Shown here piece after piece: positions 24,241-31,549 of a stretch of 64,000 nucleotides of DNA. Made by a program: the position numbers and the translations under genes. The notes under the pieces were generated by a model, which saw only the letters and a list, made by a program, of their open reading frames with translations, was not told the DNA's origin and did no database searches. Numbering within the stretch: position 1 is the stretch's first letter; the number at the start of each line of letters is the position of its first letter. The DNA lies in IMG/VR virus record IMGVR_UViG_3300014913_000007, positions 64,001-128,000 of that record. The stretch is one strand, 5' to 3'. Origin of the DNA: a virus.

Positions 24241-25794
24241 TTAAGCAATTATTCCTGAGGCTGTTACCCAATTACTACCACTATACCAAATTGGTAATCC
24301 TAAAGTAGTATCAAAGTAGAGTTCTCCTAATAGAGGTAATCCAGGTCTTTCCCCTGTGATACCTGCACTAGGTGTAACTAGAACGTCTAAGGCATCTTTT
24401 ACTGTAGATCCTGATACTGTAGAATCATTAATAGTAATAGAAGCAAAACTCTCTATAAAAGTATCATTTAAAGAAGTGGTATTACTATCATCTAAAGTAT
24501 ACCCATTCTCAATTAAGTAATCTACGGTATTATTATAACAAACATTTTTCTTTAAGTTACATACAGAACCATTCTCAAGTCTTATACCTCTATTACAGTT
24601 ATAACAAGTATTACCGATTATCGCTGCCATTCCATTAGCACTGCCACCGTCTAAAGATATACCCTCACCCGAACACTCAGAAACTAGGTTATCTTGGAGA
24701 ATACTAACACTAGTGACATCATCTATATCTATACCTTCAATGCAGCGTTTGACCCTATTTCTTCTAATTATTGCTGAGTTTCTGTAGCCAGAAATAGTTC
24801 CTAACTGATCTAACTTTATCCCTTCGCCTCCATTACCATCATCACAATTATTAATGTAACAATCTTCTACTAGCATGTTAATTGAATTCTGTAAATGAAG
24901 ACCTCTGCCCAGACTTGCAGAATCAATAAAACAATTCTTTATAAACGCAGAGTTAGAACCTCTTAAACAGATAGCTGCTCCTTCTATCTTATCTGTAGTG
25001 GCCTTATGTAAGTGACAGTCAATAATGGAGATATTACTACTCATTTCAGATATAGAAGGTGCAGTTGCATAATCTGATCCATTATAGTAGGCTAATAGTA
25101 TTGCACTGCCCTGGGCATTTCTTATAGTAATATTGTGAAATATTAAATCATTAGCTTTAGAATGATTGTCTTTAAATGTTATTGCGGAGCCTTTACCATT
25201 CTGGTAGGAGGTAGTGCAATCTTCTAGTATTAAGCTACTCAGTAAGATATCAGCTGCCCCATCTTCTACTTGAATACATTGCTGACCTGTAATAACTGGA
25301 AAATATCCATCTGTTACCTTTACTTTAAATTCTACTCCTGAGGGTATAGTAATTGGACTATAAGTAGCACTTGTCCTAACTTCAAGTACTTGGTCATCAG
25401 TAAGCGAGTTAATTGCCAAATTTAAATCATTTGATCCAGTAGTGGTTAAGATAACGTCTGGTATCTCAAATCTTAGTTCCTCAATGTCTTGTAAAATACT
25501 TGAGTATTCTCCAGCCTCTACTGAAGCTATTAACTGATCTACATATAACTTAGTTGCAGCTTCAGAGTCTGTGGTGGGGTTTGGTAATTGACTAAGTATT
25601 TGATTATTAAAGTCTACAGCATCCTGAGGAGGATATTTGTACCACTCATCTGCTGCAGCTCCAGAACTTGTAGCTCCAGAACTTGTAACTGCCTCTGAAT
25701 CTCGGTATCTACCTCCAACAGCTAATAGTTCCTCTCCTCGCTGAATTACTCTAGATTCAGGTGTTACTTGTGGATCTACTTTATAATTTGACAT
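24241..25794 (-). CDS. right-handed beta-helix (tailspike/depolymerase-like) protein, MSNYKVDPQV family member 3
   Basis: parallel beta-helix repeats (GIxL...IxxNxxxNC); C-terminal GELYFDTTLGLPIWYSGSNWV. Confidence 0.8.
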   Translation of the reverse strand: MSNYKVDPQVTPESRVIQRGEELLAVGGRYRDSEAVTSSGATSSGAAADEWYKYPPQDAVDFNNQILSQLPNPTTDSEAATKLYVDQLIASVEAGEYSSILQDIEELRFEIPDVILTTTGSNDLNLAINSLTDDQVLEVRTSATYSPITIPSGVEFKVKVTDGYFPVITGQQCIQVEDGAADILLSSLILEDCTTSYQNGKGSAITFKDNHSKANDLIFHNITIRNAQGSAILLAYYNGSDYATAPSISEMSSNISIIDCHLHKATTDKIEGAAICLRGSNSAFIKNCFIDSASLGRGLHLQNSINMLVEDCYINNCDDGNGGEGIKLDQLGTISGYRNSAIIRRNRVKRCIEGIDIDDVTSVSILQDNLVSECSGEGISLDGGSANGMAAIIGNTCYNCNRGIRLENGSVCNLKKNVCYNNTVDYLIENGYTLDDSNTTSLNDTFIESFASITINDSTVSGSTVKDALDVLVTPSAGITGERPGLPLLGELYFDTTLGLPIWYSGSNWVTASGIIA

Positions 25795-25864
25795 AATTAT
25801 TATTATTCCCTCATATTAAAATTTCTTTTAATATTCTATAGTACATTACCAAGTTAAATATTTC

Positions 25865-25893
25865 TTGACATACGTTAATATCTGTACTATAGT
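25865..25893 (+). promoter_or_regulatory. sigma70-type promoter of tRNA array 3
   Basis: TTGACA-17 nt (ending TGTAC)-TATAGT. Confidence 0.85.
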
Positions 25894-25899
25894 ACATTT

Positions 25900-25983
25900 A
25901 TGATGTTATCTATTTGTAACATATCTTTTGACTTTGCCGTATTCAACGGTACAGGAATCACCTCGGGAACTGGCACACATTAA
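25900..25983 (+). CDS. leaderless leader peptide of tRNA array 3, MMLSICNISFDFAVFNGTGITSGTGTH
   Basis: ATG at predicted +1; 8 of the last 11 residues are G/T; array encodes Gly and Thr. Confidence 0.8.
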   Translation: MMLSICNISFDFAVFNGTGITSGTGTH

Positions 25984-26050
25984 GTGTAAACTGTCAGGAT
26001 CCATCTAACAAATAAGTTTAAAATTTAATCTGGATACTGGCGGTACTAAT

Positions 26051-26410
26051 ATGATCGTATTTGGAGTTTGTTACATGAGTAGATCACGTAGAAAAAAACC
26101 TATCATCAGACACGGTGGTAGTGATAAGTGGTGGAGAAGGAACTACAATCGTAAACTAAGAAGAGCTAATAAGGTACTCTTACAGAAACAGAAGGAAGAT
26201 TTCCTACCTAAATTAGTTAGAGAAGTTAGTAATGTTTGGGATAGTAGTAGAGATTGTACTTTTAGATTTACTTATCTAAAGGATGGTAACTTATGTCATC
26301 TAAGTAACGTTGGATTCTGGGCTGATTTTTATGGAGTATCTATAGAAGAGTATATAGAGAAAGAAAAGAAAGAAGCTAAGGAGGAATACAACAAATGGAT
26401 GAGGAAGTAG
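26051..26410 (+). CDS. basic hypothetical protein inside tRNA operon 3 (likely start MSRSRRKKP at 26075)
   Basis: GGAG RBS precedes the second ATG; Arg/Lys-rich. Confidence 0.7.
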   Translation: MIVFGVCYMSRSRRKKPIIRHGGSDKWWRRNYNRKLRRANKVLLQKQKEDFLPKLVREVSNVWDSSRDCTFRFTYLKDGNLCHLSNVGFWADFYGVSIEEYIEKEKKEAKEEYNKWMRK

Positions 26411-26556
26411 AGTACAAGAAAACTAACAGGGAGAAGGTACAGACTCCTAAGTTAGGTATATTCTATTGCACATGTGATAGAGCTTTAGTAGGAAAGGGGA
26501 GGAAGTGTAAGTTTTGCGGGACTAGAGATCCTGGTAAAACATTTAAAAAATAATAT

Positions 26557-26629
26557 CCTGGAATGAGGTTAATGGTTAGCCTGTCTGACTTCCAATCAGA
26601 ATGCGTCAGTTCGAATCTGGCTTCCAGGA
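26557..26629 (+). tRNA. tRNA-Gly(TCC), atypical acceptor
   Basis: TCTGA-CTTCCAA-TCAGA; GTCAG-TTCGAAT-CTGGC T arm. Confidence 0.8.
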
Positions 26630-26634
26630 CTCCT

Positions 26635-26707
26635 GCTCGAATAGTATAAGTGGGCAATACACTGGTTTTGTAATCCAGAATTTTCGGATCGTGGCCGAAT
26701 TCGAGCT
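26635..26707 (+). tRNA. tRNA-Thr(TGT)
   Basis: loop TTTGTAA; acceptor GCTCGAA/TTCGAGC; atypical T-loop. Confidence 0.78.
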
Positions 26708-26748
26708 AATTATTTGACATTACTTAGTATTTATAATATAATAGTTAA

Positions 26749-27117
26749 ATGTCCAAACTTAAAGTCTGTAAACAATGTGGAAAAACTTTCCCCAAATCAG
26801 GTATGTACTTAGGTAAGTGAAGGAACTTCTGTAATAGGAGTTACTTTCTTTTATGCTCCTCAACTAGGTTGGCCAGACAGTATTTACTGGAGAAACATGG
26901 AAACAAGTGTTTTCAATGTGAAGTAACCGGATGGAATGGACGGCCAGGACCTGTAGTTTTAGATCATATAAATGGAAACCCTTATGATCATAGTTTAGAA
27001 AATATTAGATTGCTCTGTTGTAATTGTGATGCACAAACTAATACATATAAAAACAAAAATAAAGGTAAAGGCAGGCACACTAGGAGATTACGATACAAAC
27101 AAGGTAAAAGCTACTAA
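26749..27117 (+). pseudogene. HNH endonuclease with in-frame TGA at 26818-26820
   Basis: ATG 26749 follows TTGACA-17-TATAAT and is in frame with track ORF 26869-27117: MSKLKVCKQCGK...GK*RNFC...LDHINGN...NIRLLCCNCD. Confidence 0.75.
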
Positions 27118-27148
27118 TAGCTAACTCAACTCTCAGCTTCAGCTCCAT

Positions 27149-27454
27149 TTATTTTGGTAATAAAGTCTCAACGAGTACATGATAATCTCCGAATATAATA
27201 CATGTACCATAGTCATTAATAGAAAACTGACCAAAATTAGGTGATATACCTTCCACACTCTCCTTAAAATAACTAAAGGGTACTTCAAGCAAGGAACTAT
27301 TTCCCATACATAATACAACCTCTTCAGTGTTTACATCTATAAACCCACTTATTACATGCTTCTCTGGGTTATCTTTCTTTAATACTTTAGTTATATTATT
27401 AGGATCTAATTTTGCTCTTCTACTAATCATATGTTCCTCACTCAATGTATTCAT
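27149..27454 (-). CDS. hypothetical protein (possibly DUF2442-like)
   Basis: C-terminal FSINDYGTCIIFGD resembles DUF2442. Confidence 0.5.
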   Translation of the reverse strand: MNTLSEEHMISRRAKLDPNNITKVLKKDNPEKHVISGFIDVNTEEVVLCMGNSSLLEVPFSYFKESVEGISPNFGQFSINDYGTCIIFGDYHVLVETLLPK

Positions 27455-27537
27455 TAGTTATTACAAAATAAGCTAGTAATATATTAATACATAATTTAAA
27501 GATAAATGTCAAGTTACCATGTATTATATGTACCATA

Positions 27538-27918
27538 GTGTACTATAATATAAGTATGGATATATTCCAATTAATCAAACAATGCTTAGAAACAGCTGAG
27601 GATACACCACATTTAAGCGTACTGGACGATTACATGCTATCTTATACCCTGGACCCAGATGATGAAGATCTAGCCACAGCGAGAGAATATGACCTTGATC
27701 GAGTAACTTATAAAGGATTAATAGAAGGTGAACAAATATTTATAGGACCAGATAGACAACCTATAGCACTTAAAGAGTCTGAATATAAAAAGAAATGGGT
27801 GATGATTTCAACTACTAAATTAAAAGGACAAATATTACTTGCTGAATATGAAAAGCTAATCCAGCAAGTTTATAATCAGTTACCTGAAGCTTTGAAAGAT
27901 AAAGTCTTTATTAAATAA
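27538..27918 (+). CDS. hypothetical protein (likely start ATG 27555)
   Basis: ORF following TGTACTATAAT motif. Confidence 0.6.
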   Translation: MYYNISMDIFQLIKQCLETAEDTPHLSVLDDYMLSYTLDPDDEDLATAREYDLDRVTYKGLIEGEQIFIGPDRQPIALKESEYKKKWVMISTTKLKGQILLAEYEKLIQQVYNQLPEALKDKVFIK

Positions 27919-27920
27919 TA

Positions 27921-28250
27921 CTAAAAAGCAAAGCATTCAAAATAAAATGCTGAATCAGATGGGGAGGAACTTATTCTTCTAGTACCTACTCTAATAGTAT
28001 TAATATCTGAACTATTAGTTAATTCTCTCCAACCAGTTACAGAACCATTGGAACTTTGCTGCTGATCTTCAAAAGATCTAAACTGTGTTTCAGGATCATT
28101 TCCTACATTACCCGTGAACATTCTTATAAGTTGCACTCTTTTACCAAAATTATGATTAAAATAATATTGAATTTCCGAAGTAGAGGTACTCCTGGTTAAT
28201 ACCTCAGATTGATAATGTAAAACATTACTTTCATTTGTTAATCTAATCAT
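27921..28250 (-). CDS. hypothetical, possibly virion-associated protein
   Basis: GAGG RBS; YYFNHNFG similar to VAHNIG of 16528-16800. Confidence 0.55.
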   Translation of the reverse strand: MIRLTNESNVLHYQSEVLTRSTSTSEIQYYFNHNFGKRVQLIRMFTGNVGNDPETQFRSFEDQQQSSNGSVTGWRELTNSSDINTIRVGTRRISSSPSDSAFYFECFAF

Positions 28251-28321
28251 AATATAATTCCTCGTATTTATTATCTATTCTTTATATATATAGTATAGAA
28301 GTAATATTTTTAATATAATAT

Positions 28322-28350
28322 TTGACATTAATTTTTATTTGTACTATGAT
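28322..28350 (+). promoter_or_regulatory. sigma70-type promoter of tRNA array 4
   Basis: TTGACA-17 nt (ending TGTAC)-TATGAT. Confidence 0.85.
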
Positions 28351-28359
28351 CTATTTGTT

Positions 28360-28446
28360 ATGTTAATATCAACTCTAAAACATATACTATTCGATATAAA
28401 GCGGTTCCATAACCGCCATAAAAGACGCTTTGCGTCTACAATATAA
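28360..28446 (+). CDS. leader peptide of tRNA array 4, MLISTLKHILFDIKRFHNRHKRRFASTI
   Basis: 13 of residues 7-23 are K/H/D/R/I and all four Ile codons are ATA; array encodes Asp, Arg x2, His, Lys and an Ile2-like tRNA. Confidence 0.8.
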   Translation: MLISTLKHILFDIKRFHNRHKRRFASTI

Positions 28447-28494
28447 TCAAACAAACAATTCAATTAGGGTAGAAGTAATTAAGTAAATAAATTT

Positions 28495-28563
28495 GGCTGT
28501 ATAGGTTAATGGTAGACTAGGAGACTGTCGATCTCTTTGCCGGGTTCGATTCCCGTACAGCCG
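28495..28563 (+). tRNA. tRNA-Asp(GTC)
   Basis: GGAGA-CTGTCGA-TCTCT; G73. Confidence 0.82.
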
Positions 28564-28570
28564 TTCTTTT

Positions 28571-28642
28571 AGGGAGATAGCTCAATGGTTGGAGCACTCG
28601 GCTCGTATCCGAATGGTTACGGGTTCAAGTCCGGCCTCCCTA
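28571..28642 (+). tRNA. degenerate tRNA with CGT anticodon on an Ile-type body (probably former tRNA-Ile2 CAT)
   Basis: loop CTCGTAT; A1-U72 and A73; mismatches in acceptor and T stems. Confidence 0.55.
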
Positions 28643-28680
28643 CTTTTTAAAGTAAACTATTCTTTACATTATACCAACTT

Positions 28681-28733
28681 AATGTATAGAATACTAGACA
28701 TTATCTGCTATACTGTCTAAGATTCTATACATT
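28681..28733. repeat. inverted repeat / hairpin inside array 4
   Basis: AATGTATAGAAT/ATTCTATACATT with inner TAGACA/TGTCTA. Confidence 0.75.
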
Positions 28734-28743
28734 ATAGCATTTT

Positions 28744-28817
28744 GCTGCAGTAGTCTAACTGGATAGGCATCTCGCTTCTAACGAGACAATATGAAGGTTC
28801 GAGTCCTTCCTGCAGTG
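28744..28817 (+). tRNA. tRNA-Arg(TCT)
   Basis: TCTCG-CTTCTAA-CGAGA. Confidence 0.9.
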
Positions 28818-28825
28818 CTTTATAT

Positions 28826-28899
28826 GGTGACCATAACTTAACTGGTTAAAGTGCCTGACTGTGAATCAGGTGATTCGGGTTCAAATCCCGATGGTCACA
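28826..28899 (+). tRNA. tRNA-His(GTG)
   Basis: CCTGA-CTGTGAA-TCAGG; G-1 present. Confidence 0.9.
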
Positions 28900-28905
28900 C
28901 CCTTT

Positions 28906-28981
28906 GCCCTGGTAGTATAATCAGATAAAACACTCAGCTACGAACTGAGAGATGAAGGTGCAAGTCCTTCCTAGGGTGCCA
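28906..28981 (+). tRNA. tRNA-Arg(ACG)
   Basis: CTCAG-CTACGAA-CTGAG; CCA. Confidence 0.88.
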
Positions 28982-28986
28982 ATTAT

Positions 28987-29057
28987 TCCCTCTTAATGTA
29001 ACGGTAGCATACCTGGCTTTTAACCAGTTTGTGGGAGTTCAAATCTCTCAGGGGGAA
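28987..29057 (+). tRNA. tRNA-Lys(TTT)
   Basis: loop CTTTTAA; acceptor TCCCTCT/AGGGGGA. Confidence 0.85.
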
Positions 29058-29095
29058 CTTTTTCAATTTCTAAGTATTAACTAAGTGCTATACAC

Positions 29096-29308
29096 TTACT
29101 GACTTCCCCACTGTGCAAAACCTGTGGGAGAGTTATAAATTGTAGGTTCTTTGGTAATATCTTCGGATACACTAAAACTATCAGGATATCTTCTCAACAA
29201 AATTTCTCTCGCCTGTTCAACGCTCTCTGCCAAAGCGAACATTATTCCTGCTTTCCAGTCCCAGAGAACATCTTCCCATACGTATAGTTTTAGGTTTTTA
29301 TTCTTCAT
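29096..29308 (-). CDS. hypothetical phage protein
   Basis: 70-aa ORF at operon end. Confidence 0.6.
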   Translation of the reverse strand: MKNKNLKLYVWEDVLWDWKAGIMFALAESVEQAREILLRRYPDSFSVSEDITKEPTIYNSPTGFAQWGSQ

Positions 29309-29729
29309 CTGACCATTTACCAGTTAGTTTAAAGTGCATTAGTTCACCAGTAAGCTCACTGCTACCACATAGAACTGGTACTCCAAGTTCTACACAGAGT
29401 TCTACTTCTTCACGCATACCTCCAGATACCTTATCACCGTAAAGCCAAAGCTCGTCAAAGCCTCCTCGTCTAAACATTGCCTTGTTTGCTTCTATTCCCA
29501 ATCTTCTCTCTTCTGGAATGTTATCATCTAAATAAAGAAGTGGGACTATGTAGGGAGCTAATGGGATAATATTTGGAGAATTTTTATGTATTTCCTCACA
29601 TATATCTTTTACACGATCAATATTACCAGAAATATCTCCAGACACCGGATGAGCTATATAAACCATTAGTTTCTCTTTTTTTGTCTCTTTAACTTCTGTT
29701 TTACCAAACATTTTAGGCTCCCATAGCAT
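29298..29729 (-). CDS. DUF4406/nucleoside deoxyribosyltransferase-like protein
   Basis: VYIAHP...DELWLYG..VSGGMREE pattern. Confidence 0.7.
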   Translation of the reverse strand: MLWEPKMFGKTEVKETKKEKLMVYIAHPVSGDISGNIDRVKDICEEIHKNSPNIIPLAPYIVPLLYLDDNIPEERRLGIEANKAMFRRGGFDELWLYGDKVSGGMREEVELCVELGVPVLCGSSELTGELMHFKLTGKWSDEE

Positions 29730-29871
29730 GTAAAAAGTAAGTTACACAAAAGATTATAACAGCAATATCAAGTACTATCATTGCAAAATTATGTAAAAAT
29801 TTTCTCCAAAATCCTGCTAAATCTATAACAAAGCTAGCAGATATTTTTAATAGTAATCCTAATTTATACAT
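29713..29871 (-). CDS. small membrane protein (52 aa, not in track)
   Basis: MYKLGLLLKISASFVIDLAGFWRKFLHNFAMIVLDIAVIIFCVTYFLHAMGA; fills the gap and overlaps both neighbours. Confidence 0.55.
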   Translation of the reverse strand: MYKLGLLLKISASFVIDLAGFWRKFLHNFAMIVLDIAVIIFCVTYFLHAMGA

Positions 29872-30094
29872 TCTTCTTCTCCTTGGCTTTGGCCTCTAAA
29901 ACTTTAAATTCCCTATACTGAGTATCTAATATCTTTAATAAATCAAAATCGTTAAGGAAAAATAGATCAGGTACTTTAGAGTCACAGTCTATATCAGTCA
30001 ATAACTGTCCAAACCTTTTATCAGGTCGTTGTCTCCATACCTCTCTCACTGTTGCAAGAACTAGGTCTATTCTTTCGAAGTCTTCATTAGGCAT
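29864..30094 (-). CDS. hypothetical protein, tandem paralog of 30067-30270
   Basis: ERID...WRQRPDKRFGQLL. Confidence 0.7.
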   Translation of the reverse strand: MPNEDFERIDLVLATVREVWRQRPDKRFGQLLTDIDCDSKVPDLFFLNDFDLLKILDTQYREFKVLEAKAKEKKNV

Positions 30095-30270
30095 TCTAAA
30101 ATCTCCAACAATTTTGAATCTTCAAAGTAAAATACTTCAGGTGCTATTAAGTTCTTCTTCTTCTGTCTCATTAAATTTATAAGTATCTGACCCAACCTCA
30201 AATCTGGCTGAGATTTCCAACGTTCCTCTAACAAGCTTAGTATTTTATCTATTCTTTCTGGATCTCTCAT
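30067..30270 (-). CDS. conserved small phage protein (MRDPERID...PDLRLGQ type)
   Basis: motif MRDPERID..W...PDLRLGQIL..FYFED. Confidence 0.75.
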   Translation of the reverse strand: MRDPERIDKILSLLEERWKSQPDLRLGQILINLMRQKKKNLIAPEVFYFEDSKLLEILECLMKTSKE

Positions 30271-30704
30271 TTACCTGTACTCCCAAAGCCTGCGGACCCT
30301 CTAATAGATTCATCTAACTTATCTACTTCTAAAAGTAGAATCTTACCTGTATTATCCTTCCTTAAAACTAATTGGGCTATTTTATCTCCCCTGTTTATTT
30401 TAAAGAAGGGTAGTTTATTGCTTGCTTTATTGCATTTTAGCCTTACAAAAATTTCTCCGCGATAATTTGGATCAAGTACTCCGGCCATCACATGTGCATA
30501 CTTAGATACAGAAGATCTATCAATGATTTGAAACCAATAACCAGTAGGAGGTTGTATAGCTATACCCGTAGGTACTAGAGTCACGTCACCCGGAACCATA
30601 TCTATATTTGCGTCTGCATAAATATCAATTCCAAGGTCTCCAGGTCTGGGTGGTTTAATCTTATTTAGTGGTTTATTTAAGTACTTAACTTTGGTTACAA
30701 ACAT
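30267..30704 (-). CDS. dut: trimeric dUTPase
   Basis: GIDI, DRSS, GVLDPNYRGEI, IAQLV, RGSAGFGSTG. Confidence 0.95.
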   Translation of the reverse strand: MFVTKVKYLNKPLNKIKPPRPGDLGIDIYADANIDMVPGDVTLVPTGIAIQPPTGYWFQIIDRSSVSKYAHVMAGVLDPNYRGEIFVRLKCNKASNKLPFFKINRGDKIAQLVLRKDNTGKILLLEVDKLDESIRGSAGFGSTGK

Positions 30705-30710
30705 ATTTAA

Positions 30711-31103
30711 TTAAGCATCCTTTAAAGTTATTATAGACCCTTTTCCTATTTTATTAGTGTCACAGAAATCCTTACGAAGTTCTACTGCTACTGTGTAAAC
30801 TCCATACATTGGAAATACTATTTTTGCACTGTTCTTGTTCATATCTACACTTTCCATAACCACTCCCTGCTGAACATCTTCAGTGTCTATCATGTTGAGT
30901 AGATATAGAACTCTTAAATCATAAGGTACTCCAGTATTTTCAAATTGAAGTTTCATTGCTGTATCATATTGAAACATGTAACCCTCATTACTTGATAAGG
31001 TGTTTCCAGATGCTCTTGCTCCCTCTCTATACTCATCTGAAGTTTCTACTTTATTTAGCATTATAGGTATTCCATCTATTATAGCTTTTTGTTTTAACAT
31101 CAC
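30711..31103 (-). CDS. DUF192-family protein
   Basis: EGYMFQY...NTGVPYDLRVLYL...AVEL pattern. Confidence 0.65.
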   Translation of the reverse strand: MMLKQKAIIDGIPIMLNKVETSDEYREGARASGNTLSSNEGYMFQYDTAMKLQFENTGVPYDLRVLYLLNMIDTEDVQQGVVMESVDMNKNSAKIVFPMYGVYTVAVELRKDFCDTNKIGKGSIITLKDA

Positions 31104-31549
31104 ACTTCCAATTTAAAATTTAAGAAATCTTTTAAGGCTTCCAAGTTCTGTCTAGCTTGAGAATTTCTATTATCATATGTTTCTGCTATTTGTTTAGTTC
31201 TTATAATCTGAGATTTAGAAAAATTAACAATATTCATTAAAAAATTTAATTCATGAAAACTAAATTCCTTCTTAGAAAATCCTCCCTCTCTAGAATTTTT
31301 AACTGCCTCGGAAAGCATTTTAAGAGCTTCGTCCAACATGTCTTCATTTTGGAAGGCTAACTTTTTCTCATTCTCTACTGCTTCTTCTGCTACTTCCTCT
31401 ACTATTGGAGTTTTTGTAACAGACTTTCCAGGTTTTATTGTTTGTCCTTTAGCAGTAATCTCTGGCTTTGGTTCCTGAGGTTCTGGATTTACTCCAGCTT
31501 TATTTATTTTACCTTCAGTAATTGTTTTTGAAGCTTTTTTCTTAGGCAT
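31100..31549 (-). CDS. hypothetical protein
   Basis: coupled ORF. Confidence 0.65.
   Translation of the reverse strand: MPKKKASKTITEGKINKAGVNPEPQEPKPEITAKGQTIKPGKSVTKTPIVEEVAEEAVENEKKLAFQNEDMLDEALKMLSEAVKNSREGGFSKKEFSFHELNFLMNIVNFSKSQIIRTKQIAETYDNRNSQARQNLEALKDFLNFKLEV

Noticed and set aside
26818-26820. Stop-codon reassignment suggested by the in-frame TGA
   Set aside because: Other genes end normally at TGA (16852, 31100) and TAG (36), long genes are intact in code 11, and no suppressor tRNA was found.
28461-28476. T-box riboswitch suggested by AATTAGGGTAGAAG
   Set aside because: Lacks the UGGNACC bulge needed to pair with tRNA NCCA, and there is no Stem I.
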